A stretch of DNA of 64,000 bases from Pseudovirgaria hyperparasitica (taxonomy: Eukaryota): assembly GCA_010093815.1 (NCBI GenBank), contig ML996566.1; one strand, 5' to 3'. The translations under genes were made by a program, and so were the position numbers. Position 1 is the stretch's first letter, and each line of letters begins with the position of its first letter. The notes below the pieces were generated by a model. That model was not told where the DNA came from and did not search any database. It was given only the letters and a program-made list of their open reading frames with translations. Shown piece by piece: positions 24,884 through 37,142 of this stretch.

Positions 24884-26726
24884 TTAGTCCGATGCGCCAA
24901 TTGGCTTCGGTGTCGGCGCGTACTTGCTTTTCGTGCGTATCTGGCCGCCCTTGAGATAAAACCACACGGGCACAGGCACCAGTAGCGCTGCCACTATTCC
25001 CAGCAGTGTACTCGCCCACTGGATGCCCATACCGTTAAACATGTACATGGCAAACAGCGGGAAGACGCCGCCGAACAGCGAGCGCAGAAATGTATTCGCG
25101 GCAATTGCGGACGCGGCGAACATCAGGTATGCGTCGATCAGATAGTTGAGCGCTTGCAGGAAAATGCACAGCAGGCCGAAACCGGTCAGCAGCCCGGAGA
25201 GCGTCGGCACGATCCAGTGAATGTCGGCGCGGTAGCCAGTCCAGCCGAACCAGAACAGGCCGATAGAGAAGGCAACGCCGCCGATGATGACTTCTGGGAG
25301 TCGCCATTCCGGGATGGGCATGCCACCGTTCGCGGCCAGTTTCTTCTGGTAGCCGGGCTGACGCAGGATGATGAAGAGGCCCGCAAGGAGTTGTCCCGTG
25401 ATCATACCAAAAAAGGGGAGGCCACCGACGCCGAGGTTGAAGCCGTGCACGCCCTGGAAGACGAGCGGGTACGCAGTCAGAAAAAGGTATAGCAGGCCGT
25501 AGATGAAAGCCATGTAAATGGACAGTAATAGCACAATAGGCTCGGTGAACAGCATCTTCATTGGGCGGCTGAAGTTCTTCTCGACGAGCTCGCGGAAGTC
25601 GACTTCGATTTCCTCCTGTTTGGCGTGAATGCCCCAATTCTTCGTGCGGCGGCGCAGCTCTTCGGCTTTGGCAACGAGGATAACGGGCGGGTAGGTCTCC
25701 TCGAGGAAGATTAGATTGAGCCCAAAGGCCAGAAATCCCATGATGGCGGTGATGTATGCGGTCCAGCGCCAGCCCAGGTAGGACATAGTGATGAAGCCGC
25801 CAATAAAGGGCGCCAAGAGAGGACCGGTGAAGACTAAACGGGGGTCAGTGGTGCTGGAGCTGAAATGTAGCAGACAACTTACCGGTCATGGAGAAGACTG
25901 TGATGGCGATACCTCTTGTCCGGTTGTCGAACATGTCGGAGAAGACAGCACCGACACAAGTGAGCGGACAAGCACCAAAAAAGCCGGCCCAGAATCTACA
26001 AATCAGGATTGTTTGTAGGTCTTTGCCTGTGGCGACACCAATGTTGAATATCGAGAAACCGAACGACGCAACCACCAGCGGAAGTCTACGTCCTTTAAGT
26101 TCTGAAAGAGGTGCCCATAGAATGGGACCGGTAGCGAAACCAAGCACGTAGAGTGATACACCCAGCGTGCCAACTTCAGCAGACACGCCATAGATGGTCG
26201 CGACAGTCCTCGTAGCAGCGGAAAATATACTTGAACCAAATGCCGCACACAAGGTTGTGAACCCCAACATTGCGGCAATGCCCAGCTTTTTCTTCAGAGG
26301 CCAATTCATCGCGTGCAGTGGATCGTCGGCGCCGTCAAACTCAACGACATATTCCTCGCGATCTGGCAGTGGTGGTGGATACGGCTTTCCACCACCGAAA
26401 TCGGGTAATGGCTTCGTCGACTGCCGCGACTTCAGACTCGCGCCGACAGTGCCGCCATGTTGACTGCGGCCAGTTTGGATACGCGAGAGGGCTGTTGGGT
26501 TACGTTCGAGCTCAGGACCATCGTCGCGTTGAGTCTGGACACGCGACATGCCGCCGTGAGTCTCACGACCTTCTTCTTCAGACCCTGAGCTGGAGTCGGT
26601 CGAGCTGGTCATGCCCGTGACGGTTCGTACGAGAGCTTCGCGGGCGTCGGGTTGGTGGTGCGGCTGTGTGCTGCCGCGGCGAGCATCTTCCTCAGCCTTT
26701 TCAAGATCGCGACTGACAATGTCCAT
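24884..26726 (-). CDS. MFS drug:H+ antiporter, DHA1 family (Flu1/Tpo1-like), 2 exons
   Basis: VEFDGADDPLHAMNWP, LYVLGFATGPILWAPLSELKGRR, LGWRW, EETYPPVIL, PEWRL, YLIDAY..FAASAIAANTFLRS. Confidence 0.93.
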
Positions 26727-27387
26727 GGCGATTGTGGGCAGGGGTGGAATATCGAAGAGACGGATGACACGAGAGGATCTGACTGGGGAGGAAGAGGTGT
26801 GACGCAAGGCGCCGCAAAGGCTCTTATATGGATAAAAATTGGACAGTATTAGTGGATCCGCCTAGGTATTGCTACCTATCTGGGGCGGTAAGCCGTGTCG
26901 GGAGATGGTGGCTCGGACGGCGCCGCGGGTTTCGCTTTTGTTGTTTATTCGTCTATAGTGATTATTAGCGTGTTGCGGAGAGTAAAGTAGTCCAGACAAT
27001 TATTGATCAATGTGCTAAAGGTAACAATTGAGACCAGCACCAGGTAACAGACATGGATTGCAGGAGAACGACGGAGAATAGAGATGGCGAGATGATAGTG
27101 ATGAAGCACAATGGAAAGTGGCCGTGGGCGATGAAAACGACAGGGATTAACGAGTCGCGATGATGCAAGCCGAGCGTAGCCGGCAGCAAAAAAGTCATCA
27201 AGTGGGGTCGCATCTCTAGGGCTAGCGATTTCCTTAATTAAGCTTTTTCACGTGGTGGGGACTGGCATGTTTCGCAGATGCATCGTGCTTGAGCTTCGGT
27301 TCAGTGTCAGTGTGCTGATCCACTGCTGCACTGGTCAGCTGTTGTCGCAGCAGTCATGGAGCCGTGTAGTCGCGTCTTCATTGTCTT

Positions 27388-27414
27388 GTAACAATAACAA
27401 TAACAACAACAACA
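27388..27414 (+). repeat. Short (AAT/AAC)n microsatellite
   Basis: gtaacaataacaataacaacaacaacag in the intergenic region. Confidence 0.6.
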
Positions 27415-27955
27415 GTAAGTGAAGAAGAGAACACGTGACAATATTGATGGCAACTCTAACTCTCAATGACAACAACAAGCACAACTGGAACAACAACAAA
27501 TTTCTGCACAGTGACGCCACCGCGCACCCTTGGTCAGCAGTGGCGCTCGTGCCTGCCCAATTCGTAAGAAATCTAAGGACTGTGCCTCCTCGGCCTTTCG
27601 GCCCCGCTTTCTCTCTCGCTTCGGACGTTTTCTAACTCCTGCAGGGCCTGAACTCCTGATATCTAAGGCATAAACACCGACACCCGCGATGCAACATTCT
27701 TAATGATGGGTCCTCTCCTCTATTAAGTTTCTTAGCCCATCGCCGACTCTCCCGACTCTTGCCCGCGTTCCGTTCCGTCTCCGGTCTGACGTCGTTTCGC
27801 TCATCACTTATACTATTATTGGACTTTGTACTAATCATTAGTCGTGCTTCATTGATGCCTAATTATTGCATTGTTAGATCAGACCACCTTAGCCTACAAC
27901 TTATCTCTCAGTATCCGTCGTTGCAGCTGACACTACGCAGCTAGAGTCTACCTCC

Positions 27956-28996
27956 TCACTCATCCTCTCCCAAAAACACCTTGACCCCTTCTGGGAGCCA
28001 CGCATCCCCACAGACCTTGAACCTCTCAGGCATCGCACTAATCTTCTCCATCTCCTGCTCACTGAGCTCCCATCCATCAAGCTCAAAGTTCGCCTCGATT
28101 CTTTCTTTTGTCACACTCTTCGGAATGACGCTTGTGCCTCGCTGCAAGCCCCACATCAGCAACACCTGCTGCACCGTCTTGCCTTTCTCCTCAGCAATTG
28201 CTTTCAAGGTGGCATTCTTGTAGAGTGGCGAGTCAGTGGACCCTAGGCAAGAATACGCCGTAGCATGAATACCCCTCGAGGAGAGGTAGCTAAGAAGCTT
28301 GGGCGAGGGGTTATTGGGATGGAGTTCGATCTGATTCACCGCCGGGGTGGTCTTGAAGCCCGGGTCTGCGAAGACTTGCTCGAGATGTGTGATGCTGAAG
28401 TTTGATACTCCGATATTGCGTGCTTTGCTTGTGGGGATCTTCTGCATTTCGTTCCTGGGGTTGTTGGTGTCAGTGTGATTTTAACATTCAGTAGTGCCTC
28501 GAAACCGCAAGTCTCAGCGGTAGACGTACCAGGTCTTGACGAAGTTCCAGTCTGGCAGGTGCTTCTTCGTGTCATTGGGATCGGTGCTGCTGGGCCAATG
28601 CATAAGGTAGAGGTCGACATACTCGACACCTAAAGACTTCAGAGACGAGTCAATCGCTTCTGGCACAATGTGATGCCATGTATTGTTCAACTTGGTCGTT
28701 ATCCAGATCTCCTCACGGGGCACGCCAGAATCTTTAATTCCTTGTCCCACCTCAGCCTCGTTGCCGTAGGCCAAGGCTGTGTCGATGTGGCGATAGCCCT
28801 TTTGCAGAGCGACTTTTACCGCATCACGAACTTCATTGGGTTTCGATTGCCAGGTGCCTAGGCCGACCATGGGCATGGACGCGCCTGTATTGAGCTTGAC
28901 CGTAGACTTTGTGTGCTGGAGGTTGGACGCCATACTTGAAAATCGACGAAGTGTTCTGGGCAATTGGTTGAGAAAAGTGATGGAGGATAGAGGCAT
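27956..28996 (-). CDS. Aldo-keto reductase (Gcy1/Ypr1-like), 2 exons; alternative start at 28933
   Basis: LNTGASMPMVGLGTWQS, GYRHIDTA..YGNE, REEIWITTKL, YVDLYLMHWP, IGVSNF, NQIELHP, VIPKSVTKERI. Confidence 0.95.
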
Positions 28997-29487
28997 GAAA
29001 TGGGAGGAAGCAGCGGGTAGTAGGAGGAGGTGGGAGCGGTTGTGGACTTGATAGCTGTACTTGTACCTCCCGTATACTGGTATTGTTTGACTAGGTTTGT
29101 ACGAATATAGCCTAAATGCTATGCATACATGGTCCTGTATACGTCGCGTCGGTGTAATTAGGTCCGTCTATACTCTTGAACCTATTTGTACACCTCTTTT
29201 CATTGGCTTTGAATGGAGCATCATCTCGATCACCACTGCGTTCATGCCTTGGTATGCATAGGCAGCATTATCATGTTAGCTTGCTGAAATCTTCTCTACC
29301 CACCAGATTACATGATGGGAAGGTGACAGCGGGTGGGGACACCCGGTTTCCCCACCAAGAAATGCTCTAACCTTCTTTGGTCAAGTTAGATCGCAAGTCC
29401 GACGTCCATGATTAACGTACACCAGTCTGTTGACACAATTCTTGTTCATCCTACCTTGACGAAACGAAAAATTCTCCTCCTAAGATA

Positions 29488-30318
29488 ATGTCAAAGTTCG
29501 TATCTGGCGGAACTATCGATGAACCTCTTGAGCGCGACGAAGAATGGCGCAAGGCGCATGCTGAAATCGAAGCTGCGCACCTCCGCAGACTGAAAGAGGG
29601 CCAACAAGAAGGTGGAAAGTCGCTATATGAGGTTCTCCAAGCGAACAAAGGTGGAAAGTCGCTCTCTATTCGCTGCAACACTGGCTGTCAAGGCTGACAT
29701 GTTAGGTCTTGGCTGATCTCAGCTGCAAAGCAAGATGCATTTGAAGAGGTATGTTCAGCTTGATCGCTGAAAGATGATGCAATACTAACAGCATACTTCT
29801 AGTCAATACGTCTAAAGAACCAGTTCCGATCACTCGATGAAGACGAAGTCGATTTCCTAGATAAGGTCCTCGAATCCACACGCGCGAAAGAAGCCGCCGT
29901 ACGCAAGGAGACCTCCGAACAGTTAGAATTGTTTCGGCGGCAGCAAGAAGAGATCGAGAAGAACACCAATCTGGTTGAAGAAACGGCAGTCCCCCCATCA
30001 TCTGAAGAACACTGGGTAGCAGGAAGGAAAAGGAAGAAGGGCAAAGAGTCGGACGGTCTCATCAAAGGGCTAAAGCTCCGAAAGACTTCGTCTGCTGAGC
30101 AAGATACCCATAATACTATCAAAAATCTTACCCCTAACGCGCCTCAAAGGACCCTGGGTAATGTCCAAAGCAAGGAAAATGACGTAGCAAGTTCTGGCGC
30201 GAAGGTTCTAAGGGACGAAGGGAATGATAAGGCACAAGCCATGTCCAAGTCGCCGACACCAGCACCGCCAAAAGCGAATGGTTTGGGCTTAGCAGATTAT
30301 TCTTCTGACGAAAATTGA
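29488..30318 (+). CDS. FYV6: FAM192A/Fyv6-family splicing factor, 3 exons (26-nt exon at 29723-29748)
   Basis: MSKFVSGGT...GKSLYEVLQANK-AAKQDAFEE-SIRLKNQFRSLDEDEVDFL, ending GLGLADYSSDEN*. Confidence 0.85.
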
Positions 30319-31024
30319 AACTATAGGATGACTTCGCACCTGATACCCTCAGTCGACCCTCAACAAACAGTAATTAACTACAGGCCCTTCTGTTTTATCG
30401 CGCTGTGCACGGTTTCCCTGCATGACCTGCACCGGAGACCTATTGATCCGCAGACAGAGAACAGACATCTAGGCGACCTTGGTAGTCAGTGCGATCCGTA
30501 GCTCTTCGACTGGCATGCTTATTACCCTTGTCACAGCTTAGGTAGCTATCGATATCACACTGTACAATGTGTATGCTGCGTTGTGTCGGTGAAACATAGT
30601 GGCCCATGCTACTTTGTTTTCACCACGTGACTGCGCCAAGACTGAGGCTGATCCTTCGGACTGCGCTAAAATGTGTTGTAGCCAAACATCTGGGTCTGCA
30701 TTTATCCTGTACACCATCCTCCAGTTCAGTTATCATCTACAGCATCTATTTCAGCACTCGCTTCTAGCTTTCCAATCTGGGTATCATCTTTTTAGACTCT
30801 TGTAATTCTTCTATTCTCACTACGAGACAGCTCAGACAGGTAGCTGAACTGTTGAGACCTTCACTTGATCAAGTCTCACTAGCACTGTAGAAGTATTTGC
30901 AGAGGGTCGTTACCTATCTGATCAAGCTGCCTGTGAGACGTGATAAAAATAGTCTGTTCACAGCGATCATTGCGCTTTCGCTCCTAAGCCGTTTCAACAG
31001 CTTAGGATAGTATGGATGGGACCA

Positions 31025-32840
31025 ATGTCCTCGGATGACATACTGCCGGATTCTTCGACAGGAGATGTAATAGGAGAAACAGACGATGTAAGTGTTTAGG
31101 TCCTGTCTCGCGGCCGGAAGTGGTGTCTAAATGGACGTACAGGGATACCTCATTCAACCACGTGCTGGCCACATGACTGCAATTAGGGGTGCTGAAGAGT
31201 GTGATATGGAAGATAGCATTCTGACGGATGATGAGGATACCAAAAGTATTCTCACTGAAGCCAGCCACTTGCTTGGCCACAAAGAGACACCGGAAGACTT
31301 GCATTTACGCTTCGCTAAGATTTTAGGAAGTGCAGCTGTATCGTCTCTTGGAAGTCAGGCTACAGTCAGTGTTCCCAAGGACTTTTCCATGCGCTATCCA
31401 GACGACAATCCGCATGGCTCTTATGCGGTACAACTTGCCACCTATCAACAACTGCTGAAAAATCGACAGCTAAACAGACGGAGAGAGGACTCTAATGCTT
31501 CAGCTGCCAAAGGGTCTAGGCGCAGGGGTAAGGCAGTGAGACCTGGCTTTGACCCTGTCCAACTTATCAAGAAAAGTGCCCTGCATTTTACGAAACAGGC
31601 AAAATCAAAACTCTCGACCCTTCAAAACCCTATACATCCGATATTCCGCGCGGAAAACTTTCACGCTACGTCAGATGTCCTGTACGAGCAGTTCAAGCCC
31701 GCACTACGCTTAGCCTCACTACTGTTGACTGATAGAGCATGTTCGCAATATTTTCATACTCTATGGTTTGGGCGGCGGTTGTTCTGCGAAGCAACCTCAC
31801 GAGCGCAGCAGACAGAGTCGTTCCGCATCAAAGAGGACGTACCATACACCTCCGAGAACGCTCGCATCTTTCATCGGGTCCTCGCACAGCATTCGGACCA
31901 TGTACATTTCTACTTCAATAACAATCCGCTCAGCGATAGATCCGCCCAGGCATCCATGACATTCATCAAAGACACCAAAAATCTCCTTCCTCTCCACCAC
32001 TCTCACAGTTATGAGACTTTTACCAGAGGCAAAATATGTTTGCATGGCGACTTCTATACTGTTGCTAAACGGAACTCTGCTCTTTCCCATCCGGATCCTG
32101 CCGCAGTGCTTCGATATCATTTTTGGCTCGCTCTATCTTTGTGTCACGAAGTGGCACACTTCCTGGAATGGGTTCGTCGGTCTTCGATGCCGAGTCACAA
32201 GAAGGAAGTGTATTACTACGAGGACGAGTTTAATGAGGCTGGTGAGGCGTGGGAAAAAAAGCTTTTCGGCGGTCGTATAGAGCCCATTAATAGCCGTGCA
32301 GACTGTGCTTTTGGGCTTGCCACGGTGGACTGGCCAATGGTGCACATTGACAACGTCGAGGATACAGACGCGAACACTTTCTGGGCACTGCCCATGGAGT
32401 TCATCGCCGAGATTCAACAGCAGAAGTTCTGGGATTTATTAGCTGCGAAAGAGAGGCCTGAAAGCGATGCAACAATCTTTCACATTCCCAGAATAGGCAC
32501 GCGCAGTCAGCATCTCTCAAGCGTCAATATGAAGGTATGGGACGATGAGGCTGCGCCTGACCTGATATCGGACGACTTTGACAACGTCGATACGATACTC
32601 AAACGAACCGCCAACGGGCGCATTGTCAAGAGACCACGAGAGAAGAAGCGACTTGGGCTGATGTCGAAGAAACTTACAAAGAGCAGGAAGGATGCGAAGA
32701 CACGCCCAAGTGACAACATCCCCAATCCGGGGCCGTACAAGCTTAGAAAACCCAGTCAGCGCGGGAAGGTCAAGCTGAAGGAGGCTGCCGCGGTAGCAGC
32801 AAGACCGCCGCAGAAGAGAGCAGATGACATGTCTGAATGA
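31025..32840 (+). CDS. Uncharacterised protein with an HExxH zinc-metalloprotease-like motif, 2 exons
   Basis: Exon 1 MSSDDILPDSSTGDVIGETDD and intron 31088-31142 (GTAAGT...CTAAAT...CAG) join in frame to the 569-aa ORF. Contains LCHEVAH...EAGEAWEKKLFGGRI and a basic C-terminus. Confidence 0.75.
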
Positions 32841-33174
32841 TTTGATGTCCTATTTACATAGCGTCGTGAGCAGTGGAGAACAATTTAAATATGTTCGGTC
32901 TTGTGGAGCGCATACAGTATATACACCAACACGAAGTTTTACCTGGCTATGATAGTGTCTCGAGTCTGTTGCAGTAGCCAAAACGCCCATTCCTCTACAT
33001 CAAACACCTCGCTTTGCGGCTGTCCAGTAGATGATCTACTGATTTCACTCAGTTTGCAAGCTCTCATTTCCAGTATCTAGCACTGCCTCACTTGATTCAA
33101 CGGGGTATCCGCGTCGCACGATCGCTCGAGAATAACATCAAAACCAAAGAATCTAACCAACCAACCCATTCCAA

Positions 33175-33882
33175 TCACCTCGAAACCGACAAAACCCTCT
33201 TCAACACCGCCAACGGACTCTTCTTTCCCACTCCTTTCCTCAATCCCCCCTTTCCCCCCTCCCTCCTCCTCAACGCCTCCCTCACCATCAACTCCACCAT
33301 ACCCCTAACCACCCCATCCCTATCCTCCCTAGCATCAAAACTCACAAACCCAGCCCCCCACCCCTCCGCCAACCTCCGCCCCGCCTCCTCCGTAACCTCC
33401 CACTCCGTCCTCGCCCTCTCCACCCCACCCGCCACAACCGCACACACCACCCCATCCCTCCTCCCCTCCCCCTTCTCCTCCTCCACACACCCATGAATCC
33501 CCTCCAACCCATCAAAACTCGCCCGGCTACCCACATCATACACATAAAGCAGCCCGTCCGCGCGCGCCAGCGTCGCCCGCATGCTCGCCCGCACCCCGCC
33601 GTCGTGATGCGTCAGCCACTCGCACCGCGGATACGTGAGCGTCACGACGACCTCGCGCTCGGCGATGCTGCGCATGCAGCGTGTGGGCATGTCGCTGTCG
33701 TCGACCTTGTCGGCGTGCCAGTCTCTAATGTAGCTGGTTGCTAGGGTGCGTTGGCCGCTGTCGGCGGCGCCGCAGATGGCGATGTGGATTTCGGGGGTTG
33801 CGGGGCGCGGGGTGGTGGAGAGGATGTGTTGGTGCGCCTTGGAGGCGAGTTGCCAGTTGCCGCGGAGGGTTTGGGTGCGCAT
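33175..33882 (-). CDS. Divergent Ras-superfamily fold protein (probable pseudo-GTPase)
   Basis: IAICGAADSGQRTL at the G1 position, ADGLLYVYDVGSRASFD, and EVTEEAGRRLAEGWGAGF follow the Ras/Rap secondary-structure pattern. Confidence 0.7.
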   Translation of the reverse strand: MRTQTLRGNWQLASKAHQHILSTTPRPATPEIHIAICGAADSGQRTLATSYIRDWHADKVDDSDMPTRCMRSIAEREVVVTLTYPRCEWLTHHDGGVRASMRATLARADGLLYVYDVGSRASFDGLEGIHGCVEEEKGEGRRDGVVCAVVAGGVERARTEWEVTEEAGRRLAEGWGAGFVSFDAREDRDGVVRGMVELMVREALRRREGGKGGLRKGVGKKSPLAVLKRVLSVSR

Positions 33883-34636
33883 TTTTTTTCTGTGGTCTTA
33901 TTTTGTTCTGTTTTGGTTTGGGTGTGAGAGATGAGAGGATGGGATGGGAGATGGAGAGATGGGAGTGGGATATGAATGGTTGTGGTAGGTTGGGGGTGAG
34001 GTTGGGGTTTTTGGATGCATGCCATCGCGGAGCCATCAATCAGCCATTGCAGATCGGGCGATGAACGGGGCGGATCCGGAATTGGCGAGTCAGGATGTAA
34101 TGCCATGCCAGTGTCTGTTGTGTGGCACGTTGTTGACGGATGACCAGAGCGATAAGGGTGTTGGGTGGTCAGAACACGTCACGAAATGAGTTACACATGT
34201 GATATCGTTGTCGATGAAAAGCCGCAATGGGAGCTGTCGGGTGCCAGTGGCAGACTTCTGCTTGACATGCTTGGCTGACTATAAGCTAAGACAAGGACTG
34301 GGACGGACATGGTGCTTCTCCATGCGAATATACACCTTGATACCCATCGTTTCTAGAGAGGGATGGCGATGCTGCAGAGGCTAAAACACTTTTTTCACAC
34401 CAGAGAAATAGTAGTGGAAGGCAAGACAATGCGGGCCGTGGTGGATCAGCTAAGATCTTCAAAGGGGTTCATAGAAAACGACCGCGCTAGAGCTAACCGA
34501 GAACTAACTAGCTTGCGCCAAACAGATACAAAGGTAGCTTCCGTCTCAGGGGCACTCAGGGGCAATCAGGGGCACTGGACATAATCGTCAATCATCATCT
34601 GGACAACACAAACTCGTTGTGATCTCGTCGGCTTTC

Positions 34637-37142
34637 TCATATGTCCCACAGGAATTCAGAATTCTTATATCCACCAAACGCCTTTCTGAATGCTCCTTCC
34701 ATAACGGACGTTCCACTCGCCCAGAAATCATACCCTATCACCGGTAAATTTTCTCCCTCTTGAATTGCGTCGGCTGTCTCCAGAAACGCCTTCACATATT
34801 CAAGACCAGAAGGCCCAGGCGGACAACCCGCGCAGCATTCCATTGAGGCAAATCCGATAGCCCTCAGAGCCTCTGCGATTGAGAGAAGCGCGTCGCAACA
34901 TGCCAAGTACACTTTGATCCAGTTAATCCTGGCAAAGGGCAGGTCCTGCTCGTACAAGTCTGCTTCCAGAATCTCTTTGACTTTGTTCAACAGTGCAGGG
35001 TTGATGCCAAGCGGACCGTCAGTCGGCTCTGCGAGGCCTTCCACAAGCTTGCGCATCCTGTCTAGATTCCCCGGCGTCTCGCGCAATTTTTGGACCCTAC
35101 AAAAGTATTTTGCGTTGGGATGGAAGTCTTGAGCCACCAGCAAGAAGGTCATGGAGGCATGTCCATACACTCGATAAGCTCTTGGGTTGTTTGGGCACAC
35201 ATGGCAGTCAGCTCTGATAGTGCCCAGTTTTCTGCTAGAGCTGTCTACAGAATCGGCGCCCCGAGATTGATTTCCCCACAGTCGACCAAAGTCTCGCACC
35301 CGTGTTCCCCCCAAGGCTGCTTCATGATGACTCAGGAAGTTGTGCTTCGGTCGTGATCCCACAAAGATGGTTGGCTCTAGGACACTGGCGAGAGCCTCTA
35401 GTAGAGGAAACGCGTTCCTATCCAGGATAGACGATTGTACAAGGCAATTGTAGAGATGCATCACCCCAGTCATAACACCTTTGAAGCCACATAACGCAGT
35501 GCCAAGGTCCTGAATCTGAAACCAACGACAGATCATGCCTGCGCCCGCTGTCCATGGTGCCTGCGAGTACAGGTCGATCGGCTTAGGTACTAGTACACTT
35601 TTGAGACCCTTGCTCAAGCACTCCAGCTTTCGAACAAGGCTATCATGGTCGGCATCTCGTAACGTTTCATGTCTTTCAAGCTTTGTCACGTAGGACTGAA
35701 CATCTTTTGCAAACTTGAGGTACTTGGATAGGCAACTGGGCCTATGTGGAGTTTCGGAATTGTGCCACAGGTACGCTTCGTGCGTTTCCAGCATGATTTG
35801 TAGCCCAAAGACGGCAGTTGTGCTCAATACGTTATAGCCTCTCCAGTATGTGCCGATTTCGTGTTGGAGTGGGCTGTCCGAGTCAAGTCGTGTTCTGAAG
35901 TCCTTCTTCGTACAGGTACAAGATACCTGCTTGGTAAGGATACTATTAAGGATTGATTCGCAAGCAGCACCCTGGGCCAGGATGTATTTTGCCTGACAAG
36001 TGTGAGAGGCCATACGAGGGACGAGAGTCGCAGCTTTCTCCATTCTGACATCGCTGCTGGCACATTCTGTACTCTTGGTGGATCCGCCGTTTACGACGAT
36101 ACGATTGTAGGCATGGTAGAACCCCCATCCAGTAGAGAAGATACCAGCGTGGCCATGAGTAAGTGTTTTCCACATACTAATACCATCGGGATTCATCTCA
36201 CCCATGCTGCTCATCTTGCGTACGAACATGACATGATCCTCGATACCTAGGCGGCTTTTGTTGGACACCTCAACCAGTGAGAGCAATTTGACCGCCGTAC
36301 TTGTGAGCATTGCAGCAACGAAGATACTCATGCTGCCTTCGTTGCATGCTTTCCAGTAACCTTTGAGTGTCTCGCACAGGGTGTCGGCGGTCTGTTAAAT
36401 GACTGGTTAGCTAGGCGATCTCTTTCGTGTCAGATGTTGCATACGAAAACTGTATTTATGACACCAAGCTTCACTTTGAATTCCTTCAAGATAGGGTCAT
36501 CTGAGATAGTAATACTGGTACTAGTCTCGCCAGATATGCCGAGCTGTTGTCGTAGCTTGCGGTACTGCTCTGCAGAGGGCCGATCACGGAATTGCCGTTT
36601 CTTAGCCATGTCGTGCGATGTAGGCGTAAGGTGGTCCCCATCAACCACCTCATCGCCCATTTCATCGTCCTCGTTGATGTATGGAAGTGTATCATCAACG
36701 CTTACCTCATCAGAGGTATTTTCCTGCTGTTGTCGAGACTTTCCACCTTTGGAGGGGGGGAACAAGGATCGATATATGGAAGAAAGCCTGCACATGTGAT
36801 AAGTCGTGTTTGCGGAAGCTAGTCTGCAGCTCACCCTTTGATGAATTTGATGTGGCCTGTGTCGTTGTCACCATAGTGTTTCATAACAGAGATCCGGTCT
36901 CGAATTGCGTCCTTGAGTGCCCAGTAAATCTCTGGAGGTACCGTGATGCCAGCACGGAAAATGGCCTTCGAAGCGCGTACGAGCACGTCAATGCTGCAAT
37001 TCGTCGCGTCAAAGATGGGATGTCCAGCTCGTCGGCCATTGAGGGCAACCCATGTCGTAACAATCTCAGTTGCCTCCTTGTATTTCATATACTTTTCGTG
37101 TAACTCAGGCGTGAGCAGCGGCGTGGAATAGACTTCTGCCAT
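34637..37142 (-). CDS. Fungal uncharacterised protein, DUF6604-like, 3 exons
   Basis: The N-terminus KYMKYKEATEIVTTWV...VPPEIYWALKDAIRDR...DTGHIKFI resembles DUF6604 as I recall it. Two GT-AG introns join ORFs 36831-37142, 36430-36834 and 34637-36331. Confidence 0.7.
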
